DNA of 64,000 bases, from NCBI RefSeq assembly GCF_964194155.1, contig NC_135896.1, forward strand, positions 8,184,001 to 8,248,000. The letters are read 5' to 3'. Positions within the stretch are counted from its first letter, which is position 1. Every line of letters starts with the position of its first letter. The notes below the pieces were generated by a model. It was given only the letters and a program-made list of their open reading frames with translations, searched no databases and was not told the DNA's origin. Origin of the DNA: Cetorhinus maximus. Its lineage: Eukaryota. Both the position numbers and the translations under genes were made by a program. This document shows, in pieces, positions 50,100-62,512 of the stretch.

Positions 50100-51970
50100 T
50101 AAGAAGAGAACTTTCTTGATCAGTTTGTTAACAGCCCAATGAGGAATGAAGCAGTGCTGGATCCAGTTCTGGAGAAGGAAGTCAGGCAAGTGGAGCATGT
50201 TTTAGTGGTGGACCATTTGGGCAACAGTGATCATAACATCATCAGGTTTAGTGTAGTTACGGAAAAGGTGAAATGTGAGAGTATCTAAGTGGAGGTGCGC
50301 TAATTTCAAACAGTTGAAAAGGAATCTGGCCCATAAGACCATAAGACATAGGAGCAGAAATTAGGCCATTCGGCCCATCGAGTCTGCTCCGCCATTCAAT
50401 CATGGCTGATAATTTTCTCTACCCCATTCTCCCGCCTTCTCCCCGTAACCTTTGATCCCCTTACCAATCAAGCAAGCAATCCAGCCCAGGTGAATTGGAA
50501 TCAAAGTTTGGATAGTGAGATAGTAAATGAGCAATGGGAGGCCTTCAAAGGGGAGATTGTTTGGGAGCGGGCTAGATACATTCTCACAAGGGGGATAGGG
50601 AAAGCATTGAAAGCTGGATCTCCCCGGACCACTAAAGACATAGAATTTCAAATGAATAGAAAAATGATGAGGCAAATGATAATTTGTTAGAAAATCAAGC
50701 TGAATAAAAAAAAATTACAGGTGAGAACTAAAAAAGGAAATAAGAGGGGCAAAAAGAGTGCATGAAGAGAGAAAATGGTTAACATAAAAATGAACCAAAA
50801 AGTATTTTATTAACATATAAATAAAGTAACCAAAAGGAAGTGCGGAGCCGATTAGGGGCTAAAGCAAGAGATTTTCTTGTGGAGGCAGAGGACATGGCTG
50901 AGGTACTGAATGAGTATTTGGCATTCATCTTCGTTAAAGATGAGGATGCTGCTAGTGCCACATTAAAGAGGAGATAGTGGAGAAATTAGACAGGATAAAA
51001 ATAGATAAAGGTGAGGTACTTAAATAGCTGGCAGTGCTCAAAGGGGAAAAGTCACCCGGTCTGGATGATGCACCTAAGTTACCTGAGGGAAGTAGAGACG
51101 GAAATTGAGGCTCTGGCATCAAATCATCCAATTCTTCCGAGGTGCCGGAGTAGTGCCAGAGGACTGGAGAATTGCAAATGTTACACTCATCCTCAATAAG
51201 CATGCTAACTATAGGCCAGTTGCCCTGACGGCAATAGAGACAACATTCCATGACAAAATTAATTCTCTCTTTGGAAAATATGGGTTAATAAATGAAAACT
51301 AGCATGGATTTGTTAAAGGCGACTTCTGTTTGACTAACTTGACTTCTTTGATGATGTAATGGAGAGGGCTGGTGAGGGTATTGCAGTTGATGTCATGTAC
51401 AAGACATTTAAAATGGTGTTTGACTTGTCAGCAAAATCGATGCCTATGGAATGAAAGGGGCAATGGTTGCAGGGATACTTTATTGGCTCAGCAACAGACA
51501 GCAGAGTGTAGCGCTGAACGTTCATTTTGCAGACGGGTGTTTCCCATGGGGTCAGTGTTAGGACCACCACTCATGTTGGTATATATATGACCTGGATTTG
51601 GGTGTACAGTGCACAATTCCAACATTTGCAAAACGACAGGAAACTCAGAAATGTACCACACATTGAGCAGGATAGTTTCAGACTCCATGAGGACATAAAC
51701 GGACTAGTGAAATAAGCAGACACAGAGCAGATCAAATTTAATGCAAAGAAATGTGAAGTGTTTCATTTTGGTCGGGAGAACGGGGGATGGGGGGAGGCAA
51801 TATAAACTAAACGGTGTAATTGTAAAGGGGGCACAAGAGCAGAACTACCTTGGAGTATATGTACACAAATCTTTGAGGGTGGTAGGATAAGTTAGAAGGT
51901 GTTAAAAATGCATATGGAATGCTTAGCTTTATTAATAGCGAAATAGAGTAGCAAAGCAAGCAAGTTATGC
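50100..51970 (+). mobile_element. old CR1 ORF2 remnant with a nested CR1 tail (50333-50470, -)
   Basis: Fragments VNEQWEAFK, VPEDWRIANV and NYRPVAL, plus GGGTCAGTGTTAGGACC (GSVLGP). Confidence 0.82.
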
Positions 51971-52893
51971 TAAGAACATAAGAAATAGGAGCAAGAGTAG
52001 GCCATTTGGCCTTTTGAACCTGCTCCAACAAACAATAAAATCATGGCTGATCACTTACCTCAACTTTGCCTTTCCACATTATCTCCATGTCCCTTAGTTC
52101 CTTGCGTGTCCAAAAATCTATTGACCTCTCTCTTTAGTATGACTCAGCATCCACTCTCTGGGGTAGAGAATTCCAAAGATTCACAACCCTTTAAGTGAAG
52201 AAATTTCTCCCCATCTCAGTCCAACATGGCTGACCATGGCTCCTAGTTTGAGACTCCCATTATCGGAGGAGCTAGGAGGGCAATCAGTTCCCAGGCAAAT
52301 GGCACTGATGGCCGCCTCCGTTCATTAGGAATTGGCCTTGGAATGACGCATCATCGGAGTTTTCTTCCCTCCCTATTGGGAAGCATGTAGACTCCCCACA
52401 GCACAGTACCCCACCAAGATGTTAGAGGTGAGGAGCTCTGTGTGGGGATCATCCCTCTCTCTGTGGCTTTGCGAGTTGAGATTCGAACAAAGTTGCGACA
52501 CCACACCACTGGGCTGTGGGAAAAAATATTAAAACAACCAAAGAGTAGCACAATATAAACTTTGTCTAAAAGCAACAAAGGAGGCTCCTGTGGTAACAAA
52601 AGACATTTTGTGGTCAGAATAGCTTGTTCAAGTTGATATTTATTGTAAATATTGAGAAAGCAGCCCCTGTTCCAATGTAAAGGGCAGAGCGTGATGCTTG
52701 CAGTAATATGTACTTGTTTTGTGTTTGTACTGGCAGATAATTGGTTCAACCTGGATACAGGTACTCAAGATGCCAATAACAACGTTGCTTAGCAACTTAA
52801 CAGCATGTACATTGTGGTGTAGGGGGGTTCAGCTATTGTGAAACCAGAGGAGTTACGAGAGAAGAAGCAATGTCCCTCTTCTTGGGCGGTCAT

Positions 52894-54980
52894 TGTTAAT
52901 GGTAAGTTAATTATACTGTTAACATTGTTATGAATACATATCTCCAAGAACTATATGTATTTTAAAATTGGAAGGACATTGAATTATTTGGACACTTCTT
53001 TGAGAACTGACCTGGGTATTTTTAAAAGGTTATAAGTTCACTTTGCGCTGTGAGCAAACTGCCTTTTCCAATAAGTCACATGACTTCAGCTAAAGGAACA
53101 AGCAAGGCACCCTTTTTTTTATTCATTTTCAGGATTGGGGCATCGCTCTCAAGGCCAACATTTATTGCCCATCCCTCATTGCCCTTGAGAAGGTGGTGGT
53201 GAGCTGCCTTCCTGAACCCTGACAGTCCATGTGGTGTAGGTACACCCACAGTGCTGTTAAGGAGGGAGTTCCAGGATTTTGACCCAGCGACAGTGAAGGA
53301 ACAGCGATATATTTCCAAGTCAGGATGGTGATTGGCTTGGAACGGAACTTCCAGGTGGTGATGTTACCATGTATCTGCTGCCCTTGTCCTTCTAGATGAT
53401 GATGGTCATGGGTTTGGTAGGTGCTGCCTAAGGAGCCTTGGTGGGTTTCTGAGTTGCATCTTGCAGATGGTATACACTGCTGTTACTGTGCATCGGCGGT
53501 GGAGGGAGTGAATGTTTGTGGTAGGGGTGCCAATCAAGCGAACTGCTTTGTCCTGGATGATGTCCAGCTTTTTGAGTGTTTTTGGAGCTGTACTCATCCA
53601 GGCAAGCGGGGAGTATTCCATCACACTTCTGACTTGTGCCTTGTAGATGGTGGACAGACTTTGGGGATTCAGGAGGTGAGTTACTCATTGCACGATTCCC
53701 AGCCTCTGACCTGCTCTTGTAGCCACAGAATTTATGTGGCTAGTTTAGTTCAATTCCTAGTCAATGGTAACCCCTAGGATGTTGATAATGGGGGATTCAG
53801 TGATGGTAATGTCATTGAATGTCAAGGGGCAATGGTTAGATTCTCTCTTGTTGGAAATGGTCATTGCCTGACACTTGTGTGGCATGAATGTCACTTGCCA
53901 GTTGTCAGCCCAAGCCTGGATATTGTCCAGGTCTTGCTGCATTTGGACATGAACTGCTTCAGTATCTGAGGAGTCGCGAATGGTGCTGAGGAGAAAAGAA
54001 CTATTTGTTTACTTGAACTTTAATTGTTGGAGAGAAAAAAACAACTGTTTTCAGGCTGTGAGGTCCTGGTGATTTTCTGGAAACCACTTGACTGAGAGCG
54101 GTTTCTGTTTTGTGTTTTGGACTCAGTTTTGGGACTCAACCGGAAAGGAGAAGATTGCCCAACTCGCTCTCTCCCTGCCTTGTCTGAACTTCAGTGTTGT
54201 TATCAGTATCCGGCTAGAAATTCTCCAGTCAGTATAACTTGGCTATATTTGGAAACCTGAGAAGCTGAGACGAGAGAGAGATCCGAAGGACATTGATTCT
54301 GCCCTGTTCTCCTCCACACTGGAAAGAACCTCCAGACAACTACTGTGACCAGCAATCCCTCTCTGTACACAGGAACACCAGATCGACAACATCAAAACCC
54401 TCCAAACTTTATCCTTTTTGATAAAGTTTTCCCATTGGCCAAAAGGTGCTTTTTCCCTCCTTAAATGTCAACCTCTGCAGACCTCTGTTTTGTCCTTTGT
54501 GTGTGTGTGTGTGTGTTGGGTTTAAAGGGGTATATAGTTACACTTCTGGATTACAAATTGTATGTTAACCAGTTTTTGCAACTTGCTTTTAAAAATAAGT
54601 TTTGTTTCATAATAAGTCAATCATTCTAAGTTTATTGAAAGAAGCCTGGTTAAAGTCTCTTTTATTATGGGTCTAACAACAGCAGAAGTAAGCTATTGGC
54701 CATTTTGGTGAGTGAATTAAACATTTACACTAATGGTGCGACATGTGGAGTAGTGGGGCTAGAGAAACTGCACACTCCTCCCATCCCGGTCATAACAACA
54801 TTCACACGTGAAGTGCATTGCTTAATTAAGTACTTAGAGCACTTATAAAGAGAGACTGCTGGGACACTGGGTTGGGAAGCAGACATCTGTAATGCTACGT
54901 TCTGTGAATAAACCCATTATCAACAAAAATACTCGTGTCTAGTTTCATACTTCACTAACTGGCTTGGTATCAGACTATCA
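52894..54980 (+). mobile_element. short solo LTR (~210 bp) split by a second LTR
   Basis: TGT...TCA termini; near-TSD GTCAT/GTAAT; TATAAA at ~54844 and AATAAA at ~54907; the rejoined halves align with the copy at 84-176. Confidence 0.7.
52926..54797 (+). mobile_element. solo LTR, itself interrupted by a LINE fragment (53120-53990, -)
   Basis: 8-bp inverted termini TGTTATGA...TCATAACA; 4-bp TSD ACAT at 52922-52925 and 54798-54801. Confidence 0.85.
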
Positions 54981-55688
54981 GTAATACTTAGCACAAAACA
55001 CCAAAGATCATGGGTCCAAATGTTGGTATTTCAAGTGTTTGGTAAATTCTGAGTGTTTTACATGTTAGGGTTTGTTAAAGCATGCACAGATGTGACAGGG
55101 AATGAGATAAGATCATTAAATCACTGACTATGCCTGCCACAAAGTTTTATTGATTTCTATAAAAGAGTTAAGACATCAGAAAGGTCTTACACCTTTCACA
55201 ACCACAGGATGTCCCAGTGCGCCCTACAGCCTTTCTGAAGTGTAGTCACTGTTGCAATGCAGGAAACACTGCTGCCAAATTTGCACACAGCAAGATCCCA
55301 CAAACAGCAATGACTGATTATGGCACACAATCTTGCTTAATGACTCTCTGCGCTCCATGTGAAACAGATTTGGGAACTGCCAAGCCATTTCTTTATAGGT
55401 CAGAGTACACAACACAATTGATTACTCGGCATTAATTGGGAATCTCGTATGGTGATACCACAAGGACATGTGGCATGGGAAATAGGTGAAAGAACACATC
55501 CTGATGCACCTCTCAACTTATAATAAAGACCATTAGTGAGTTGGGAATGCTTGACATTGTCCCTGGGTGGCAGAAGTAGATTTTCCTAACATTTCACAAG
55601 ATCACAGGATGATTAGAGGTGAGGAAATCTGTTCGGCCAATCTGAATTCATCAATCCAGAATGGTTTTACACTTGCCGTGTGGCAGGG

Positions 55689-58600
55689 GAGTACTCTAGC
55701 TGAGAAGCGCTGAGAGTGCTGAGTACTCTAGCTGAGAAGCGCTGAGAGTGCTGAGTACTCTAGCTGGGAAGTGCTGAGAGTGCCCAGTACTCTAGCTGGG
55801 AAGGGCTGAGAGTGCCCAGTACTCTAGCTGGGAAGTGCTGAGAGTGCTGAGTACTCTAGCTGGGAAGCGCTGAGAGTGCCCAGTACTCTAGCTGGTAAGC
55901 GCTGAGAGTGCTGAGCACTCTAGCTGGGAAGCGCTGAGAGTGCTGAGTATTCTAGCTGGGAAGCGCTGAGAGTGCTGAGTACCCTAGCTGGGAAGCGCTG
56001 AGAGTGCCCAGTACTCTAGCTGGGAAGCGCTGAGAGTGCTGAGTACTCTAGCTGGGAAGCGCTGAGAGTGCTGAGTACTCTAGCTGGGAACTGCTGAGAG
56101 TGCCCAGTACTCTAGCTGGGAAGCGCTGAGAGTGCTGAGTACTCTAGCTGGGAAGCGCAGAGAGTGCCCAGTACTCTAGCTGGGAAGCGCAGAGAGTGCC
56201 CAGTACTCTAGCTGGGAAGCGCTGAGAGTGCCCAGTACTCTAGCTGGGAAGCGCAGAGAGTGCTGAGTACTCTAGCTGGGAAGCGCTGAGAGTGCCCAGT
56301 ATTCTAGCTGGGAAGCGCTGAGAGTGCTGAGTACTCTAGCTGGGAAGCGCTGAGAGTGCCCAGTACTCTAGCTGGGAAGCGCTGAGAGTGCCCAGTACTC
56401 TAGCTGGTAAGCGCTGAGAGTGCCCAGTACTCTAGCTGGGAAGGGCTGAGAGTGCCCAGTACTCTAGCTGGGAAGCGCTGAGAGTGCTGAGTACTCTAGC
56501 TGGGAAGCGCTGAGAGTGCCCGGTACTCTAGCTGGGAAGCGCTGAGAGTGCCCAGTACTCTAGCTGGGAAGGGCTGAGAGTGCCCAGTACTCTAGCTGGG
56601 AAGCGCTGAGAGTGCTGAGTACTCTAGCTGGGAAGCGCTGAGAGTGCCCAGTACTCTAGCTGGGAAGCGCTGAGAGTGCCCAGCACTCTAGCTGGGAAGG
56701 GCTGAGAGTGCCCAGTACTCTAGCTGGGAAGCGCTGAGAGTGCCCAGTACTCTAGCTGGGAAGCGCTGAGAGTGCCCAGTACTCTAGCTGGGAAGCGCTG
56801 AGAGTGCTGAGTACTCTAGCTGGGAAGCGCTGAGAGTGCTGAGTACTCTAGCTGGGAAGCGCTGAGAGTGCCCAGTACTCTAGCTGGGAAGCGCTGAGAG
56901 TGCTGAGTACTCTAGCTGGGAAGCGCTGAGAGTGCTGAGTACTCTAGCTGGGAAGCGCAGAGAGTGCCCAGTACTCTAGCTGGGAAGCGCTGAGAGTGCT
57001 GAGTACTCTAGCTGGGAAGCGCTGAGAGTGCCCAGTACTCTAGCTGGGAAGCGCTGAGAGTGCTGAGTACTCTAGCTGGGAAGCGCTGAGAGTGCCCAGT
57101 ACTCTAGCTGGGAAGCGCTGAGAGTGCTGAGTACTCTAGCTGGGAAGCACTGAGAGTGCCCAGTACTCTAGCTGGGAAGCGCTGAGAGTGCTGAGTACTC
57201 TAGCTGGGAAGCGCTGAGAGTGCCCAGTACTCTAGCTGGGAAGCGCAGAGAGTGCCCAGTACTCTAGCTGGGAAGCGCTGAGAGTGCTGAGTACTCTAGC
57301 TGGGAAGCGCAGAGAGTGCCCAGTACTCTAGCTGGGAAGCGCTGAGAGTGCTGAGTATTCTAGCTGGGAAGTGCTGAGAGTGCCCAGTACTCTAGCTGGG
57401 AAGCGCTGAGAGTGCCCAGTACTCTAGCTGGGAAGCGCTGAGAGTGCCCAGTACTCTAGCTGGGAAGCGCTGAGAGTGCCCAGTACTCTAGCTGGGAAGC
57501 GCTGAGAGTGCCCAGTACTCTAGCTGGGAAGCGCTGAGAGTGCCCAGTACTCTAGCTGGGAAGCGCTGAGAGTGCTGAGTACTCTAGCTGGGAAGCGCTG
57601 AGAGTGCTGAGTACTCTAGCTGGGAAGCGCAGAGAGTGCCCAGTACTCTAGCTGGGAAGCGCTGAGTGCGCCCAGTACTCTAGCTGGGAAGCGCTGAGAG
57701 TGCTGAGTACTCTAGCTGGGAAGCGCTGAGAGTGCTGAGTACTCTAGCTGGGAAGCGCTGAGAGTGCTGAGTACTCTAGCTGGGAAGCGCTGAGAGTGCT
57801 GAGTACTCTAGCTGGGAAGCGCTGAGAGTGCCCAGTACTCTAGCTGGGAAGCGCTGAGAGTGCCCAGTACTCTAGCTGGGAAGCGCTGAGAGTGCCCAGT
57901 ACTCTAGCTGGGAAGCGCTGAGAGTGCTGAGTACTCTAGCTGGGAAGCGCTGAGAGTGCCCAGTACTCTAGCTGGGAAGCGCTGAGAGTGCTGAGTACTC
58001 TAGCTGGGAAGCGCTGAGAGTGCCCAGTACTCTAGCTGGGAAGCGCAGAGAGTGCCCAGTACTCTAGCTGGGAAGCGCTGAGAGTGCTGAGTACTCTAGC
58101 TGGGAAGCGCAGAGAGTGCCCAGTACTCTAGCTGGGAAGCGCTGAGAGTGCTGAGTATTCTAGCTGGGAAGTGCTGAGAGTGCCCAGTACTCTAGCTGGG
58201 AAGCGCTGAGAGTGCCCAGTACTCTAGCTGGGAAGCGCTGAGAGTGCCCAGTACTCTAGCTGGGAAGCGCTGAGAGTGCCCAGTACTCTAGCTGGGAAGC
58301 GCTGAGAGTGCCCAGTACTCTAGCTGGGAAGCGCTGAGAGTGCCCAGTACTCTAGCTGGGAAGCGCTGAGAGTGCTGAGTACTCTAGCTGGGAAGCGCTG
58401 AGAGTGCTGAGTACTCTAGCTGGGAAGCGCAGAGAGTGCCCAGTACTCTAGCTGGGAAGCGCTGAGAGTGCCCAGTACTCTAGCTGGGAAGCGCTGAGAG
58501 TGCTGAGTACTCTAGCTGGGAAGCGCTGAGAGTGCTGAGTACTCTAGCTGGGAAGCGCTGAGAGTGCTGAGTACTCTAGCTGGGAAGTGCTGAAAGTGCC

Positions 58601-61564
58601 CAGTACTCTAGCTGGGAAGCGCTGAGAGTGCCCAGTACTCTAGCTGGGAAGCGCTGAGAGTGCCCAGTACTCTAGCTGGGAAGCGCTGAGAGTGCCCAGT
58701 ACTCTAGCTGGGAAGCGCTGAGAGTGCTGAGTACTCTAGCTGGGAAGCGCTGAGAGTGCCCGGTACTCTAGCTGGGAAGCGCTGAGAGTGCCCAGTACTC
58801 TAGCTGGGAAGGGCTGAGAGTGCCCAGTACTCTAGCTGGGAAGCGCTGAGAGTGCCCAGTACTCTAGCTGGGAAGCGCTGAGAGTGCTGAGTACTCTAGC
58901 TGGGAAGCGCTGAGAGTGCCCAGTACTCTAGCTAGGAAGCGCTGAGAGTGCCCAGTACTCTAGCTGGGAAGCGCTGAGAGTGCTGAGTACTCTAGCTGGG
59001 AAGCGCAGAGAGTGCCCAGTACTCTAGCTGGGAAGCGCTGAGAGTGCCCAGTACTCTAGCTGGGAAGGGCTGAGAGTGCTGAGTACTCTAGCTGGGAAGC
59101 GCTGAGAGTGCTGAGTACTCTAGCTGGGAAGCGCTGAGAGTGCCCAGTACTCTAGCTGGGAAGCGCTGAGAGTGCTGAGTACTCTAGCTGGGAAGCGCTG
59201 AGAGTGCTGAGTACTCTAGCTGGGAAGCGCAGAGAGTGCCCAGTACTCTAGCTGGGAAGCGCTGAGAGTGCTGAGTACTCTAGCTGGGAAGCGCTGAGAG
59301 TGCTGAGTACTCTAGCTGGGAAGCGCAGAGAGTGCCCAGTACTCTAGCTGGGAAGCGCTGAGAGTGCTGAGTATTCTAGCTGGGAAGTGCTGAGAGTGCC
59401 CAGTACTCTAGCTGGGAAGCGCTGAGAGTGCCCAGTACTCTAGCTGGGAAGCGCTGAGAGTGCTGAGTATTCTAGCTGGGAAGCGCTGAGAGTGCTGAGT
59501 ACTCTAGCTGGGAAGCGCAGAGAGTGCCCAGTACTCTAGCTGGGAAGCGCTGAGAGTGCCCAGTACTCTAGCTGGGAAGCGCTGAGAGTGCTGAGTACTC
59601 TAGCTGGGAAGCGCTGAGAGTGCCCAGTACTCTAGCTGGGAAGCGCTGAGAGTGCCCAGTACTCTAGCTGAGAAGCGCTGAGAGTGCCCAGTACTCTAGC
59701 TGGGAAGCGCTGAGAGTGCTGAGTATTCTAGCTGGGAAGCGCTGAGAGTGCCCAGTACTCTAGCTGGGAAGCGCTGAGAGTGCTGAGTACTCTAGCTGGG
59801 AAGCGCTGAGAGTGCCCAGTACTCTAGCTGGGAAGCGCTGAGAGTGCCCAGTACTCTAGCTGGGAAGCGATGAGAGTGCTGAGTACTCTAGCTGGGAAGC
59901 GCTGAGAGTGCTGAGTACTCTAGTTGGGAAGCGCTGAGAGTGCTGAGTACTCTAGCTGGGAAGCGCAGAGAGTGCTGAGTACTCTAGCTGGGATGCGCTG
60001 AGAGTGCTGAGTACTCTAGCTGGGAAGCGCTGAGAGTGCTGAGTACTCTAGCTGGGAAGCGCTGAGAGTGCCCAGTACTCTAGCTGGGAAGCGCTGAGAG
60101 TGCTGAGTACTCTAGCTGGGAAGCGCTGAGAGTGCTGAGTACTCTAGCTGGGAAGCGCTGAGAGTGCCCAGTACTCTAGCTGGGAAGGGCTGAGAGTGCT
60201 GAGTACTCTAGCTGGGAAGCGCTGAGAGTGCTGAGTACTCTAGCTGGGAAGCGCTGAGAGTGCCCAGTACTCTAGCTGGGAAGCGCTGAGAGTGCTGAGT
60301 ACTCTAGCTGGGAAGCGCTGAGAGTGCTGAGTACTCTAGCTGGGAAGCGCAGAGAGTGCCCAGTACTCTAGCTGGGAAGCGCTGAGAGTGCTGAGTACTC
60401 TAGCTGGGAAGCGCTGAGAGTGCTGAGTACTCTAGCTGGGAAGCGCAGAGAGTGCCCAGTACTCTAGCTGGGAAGCGCTGAGAGTGCTGAGTATTCTAGC
60501 TGGGAAGTGCTGAGAGTGCCCAGTACTCTAGCTGGGAAGCGCTGAGAGTGCTGAGTACTCTAGCTGGGAAGCGCTGAGAGTGCTGAGTACTCTAGCTGGG
60601 AAGCGCTGAAAGTGCCCAGTACTCTAGCTGGGAAGCGCAGAGAGTGCCCAGTACTCTAGCTGGGAAGCGCTGAGAGTGCTGAGTACTCTAGCTGGGAAGC
60701 GCTGAGAGTGCCCAGTACTCTAGCTGGGAAGCGCTGAGAGTGCTGAGTACTCTAGCTGGGAAGCGCTGAGAGTGCCCGGTACTCTAGCTGGGAAGCGCTG
60801 AGAGTGCCCAGTACTCTAGCTGGGAAGGGCTGAGAGTGCCCAGTACTCTAGCTGGGAAGCGCTGAGAGTGCTGAGTACTCTAGCTGGGAAGCGCTGAGAG
60901 TGCTGAGTACTCTAGCTGGGAAGCGCTGAGAGTGCCCAGTACTCTAGCTGGGAAGCGCTGAGAGTGCTGAGTACTCTAGCTGGGAAGCGCTGAGAGTGCT
61001 GAGTACTCTAGCTGGGAAGCGCAGAGAGTGCCCAGTACTCTAGCTGGGAAGCGCTGAGAGTGCCCAGTACTCTAGCTGGGAAGCGCTGAGAGTGCCCAGT
61101 ACTCTAGCTGGGAAGCGCTGAGAGTGCCCAGTACTCTAGCTGGGAAGCGCTGAGAGTGCCCAGTACTCTAGCTGGGAAGCGCTGAGAGTGCCCAGTACTC
61201 TAGCTGGGAAGCGCTGAGAGTGCTGAGTACTCTAGCTGGGAAGCGCTGAGAGTGCCCAGTACTCTAGCTGGGAAGCGCTGAGAGTGCCCAGTACTCTAGC
61301 TGGGAAGTGCTGAGAGTGCCCAGTACTCTAGCTGGGAAGTGCTGAGAGTGCCCAGTACTCTAGCTGGGAAGCGCTGAGAGTGCCCAGTACTCTAGCTGGG
61401 AAGCGCTGAGAGTGCCCAGTACTCTAGCTGGGAAGCGCTGAGAGTGCCCAGTACTCTAGCTGGGAAGCGCTGAGAGTGCCAGTACTGTAGCTGGGAAGCG
61501 CTGAGAGTGCTGAGTACTCTAGCTGGGAAGCGCTGAGAGTGCCCAGTAGTCTAGCTGGGAAGCG
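55689..61564. repeat. 32-bp tandem array (minisatellite/satellite), about 183 copies
   Basis: Unit AGTACTCTAGCTGGGAAGCGCTGAGAGTGC[TG|CC]; 5876 bp / 32. Confidence 0.99.
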
Positions 61565-61974
61565 AGACTTTATGTAGTGGTAGGCATCTTGCCTCCGTGT
61601 TAGAAGGTGATGAGTTCAGGCCCCACTCTAGACAGCTCCTGTGAACAGAGACTAGAACATGATGTTTATATGTGGAGTCCTTATGTCCAGATGGGGTAGT
61701 ATGGCTCTTTGCTACATTGTGTTCAATGATTGATATCTTCCTTGCTTATTGGTGAACAGACTAGGACAAAATACTCAAGGCATGGTCTGACCAGGGCTCT
61801 GTGTAGTTTGGACAGGAAGTCCTCTGTCCTCTACTGCTCTCTCTCTATAGTTCAACGTTCCATTAGCTTTGTTGATTGACACGCTGCAGTGGTTGAATAC
61901 ATTGAGGTGGAAATAGCAATTTGCCACTAGTGCAAAATGGGATCATAGTAAATCTGCAGCCCATTATAGAAAGA

Positions 61975-62375
61975 AAGACTTGCATTTATTAGCCTCTTAC
62001 TTGCCCTCAGGTCATGTCAAAATTGGCTTTACAGCCAATGAAGTACATTTATTTGAAGTGTAGTCGCTGTTGTAATGTAGGAAACGTAATGGGTAATTTG
62101 CGCACAGCAAGATCCCACAAACAGCAATGTGATAAATTACTGGGTGACCAGTTTTAATGATGGTGACTGAGGGATAGAGGTTGGCCAGGGTACCTGGGAG
62201 AATTCATTTGCTGTTCTTCTAAATTATGACCGTGGGTTCATTAGCATACTTGGTTCAAAATGTCTCATCTGAAAAAGGGCACCTCCTACAATGCAGCGCT
62301 CCCTCAGTACTGCATTGGGAGAGCCAGCCTAGATGATGTGCTCAGGCCTTTGGAGTGGACCTTCCACCAACGACA
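61975..62375 (-). mobile_element. Deu-domain-type SINE
   Basis: Aligns by eye with 41125-41545. Confidence 0.72.
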
Positions 62376-62380
62376 TCACT

Positions 62381-62512
62381 GGCCGGAATTTTCCAGCCCC
62401 TTATGCCGGTGGGATCTTCCGGTCTCACCGATGTGAATGGAGATCTCAATGGCTCTCCGGCCCTGCTGCTAGGTGGGGTGGGGGTGGGGGGGGTGTTTGG
62501 AAAATTCCGACC
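62381..62512. mobile_element. Harbinger-type MITE
   Basis: TIRs GGCCGGAATTTTCCA / TGGAAAATTCCGACC; flanks ACT/ACA. Confidence 0.72.

Noticed and set aside
55689-61564. CRISPR array (32-bp palindromic repeat)
   Set aside because: Units are head to tail with no unique spacers, there are no cas genes, and the context is eukaryotic
55689-61564. Tandem hammerhead ribozymes or a coding repeat
   Set aside because: CUGAGAG and CUGAGUA do not match CUGANGA and the consensus unit has no GAAA box; CTAG puts stops in all frames on both strands
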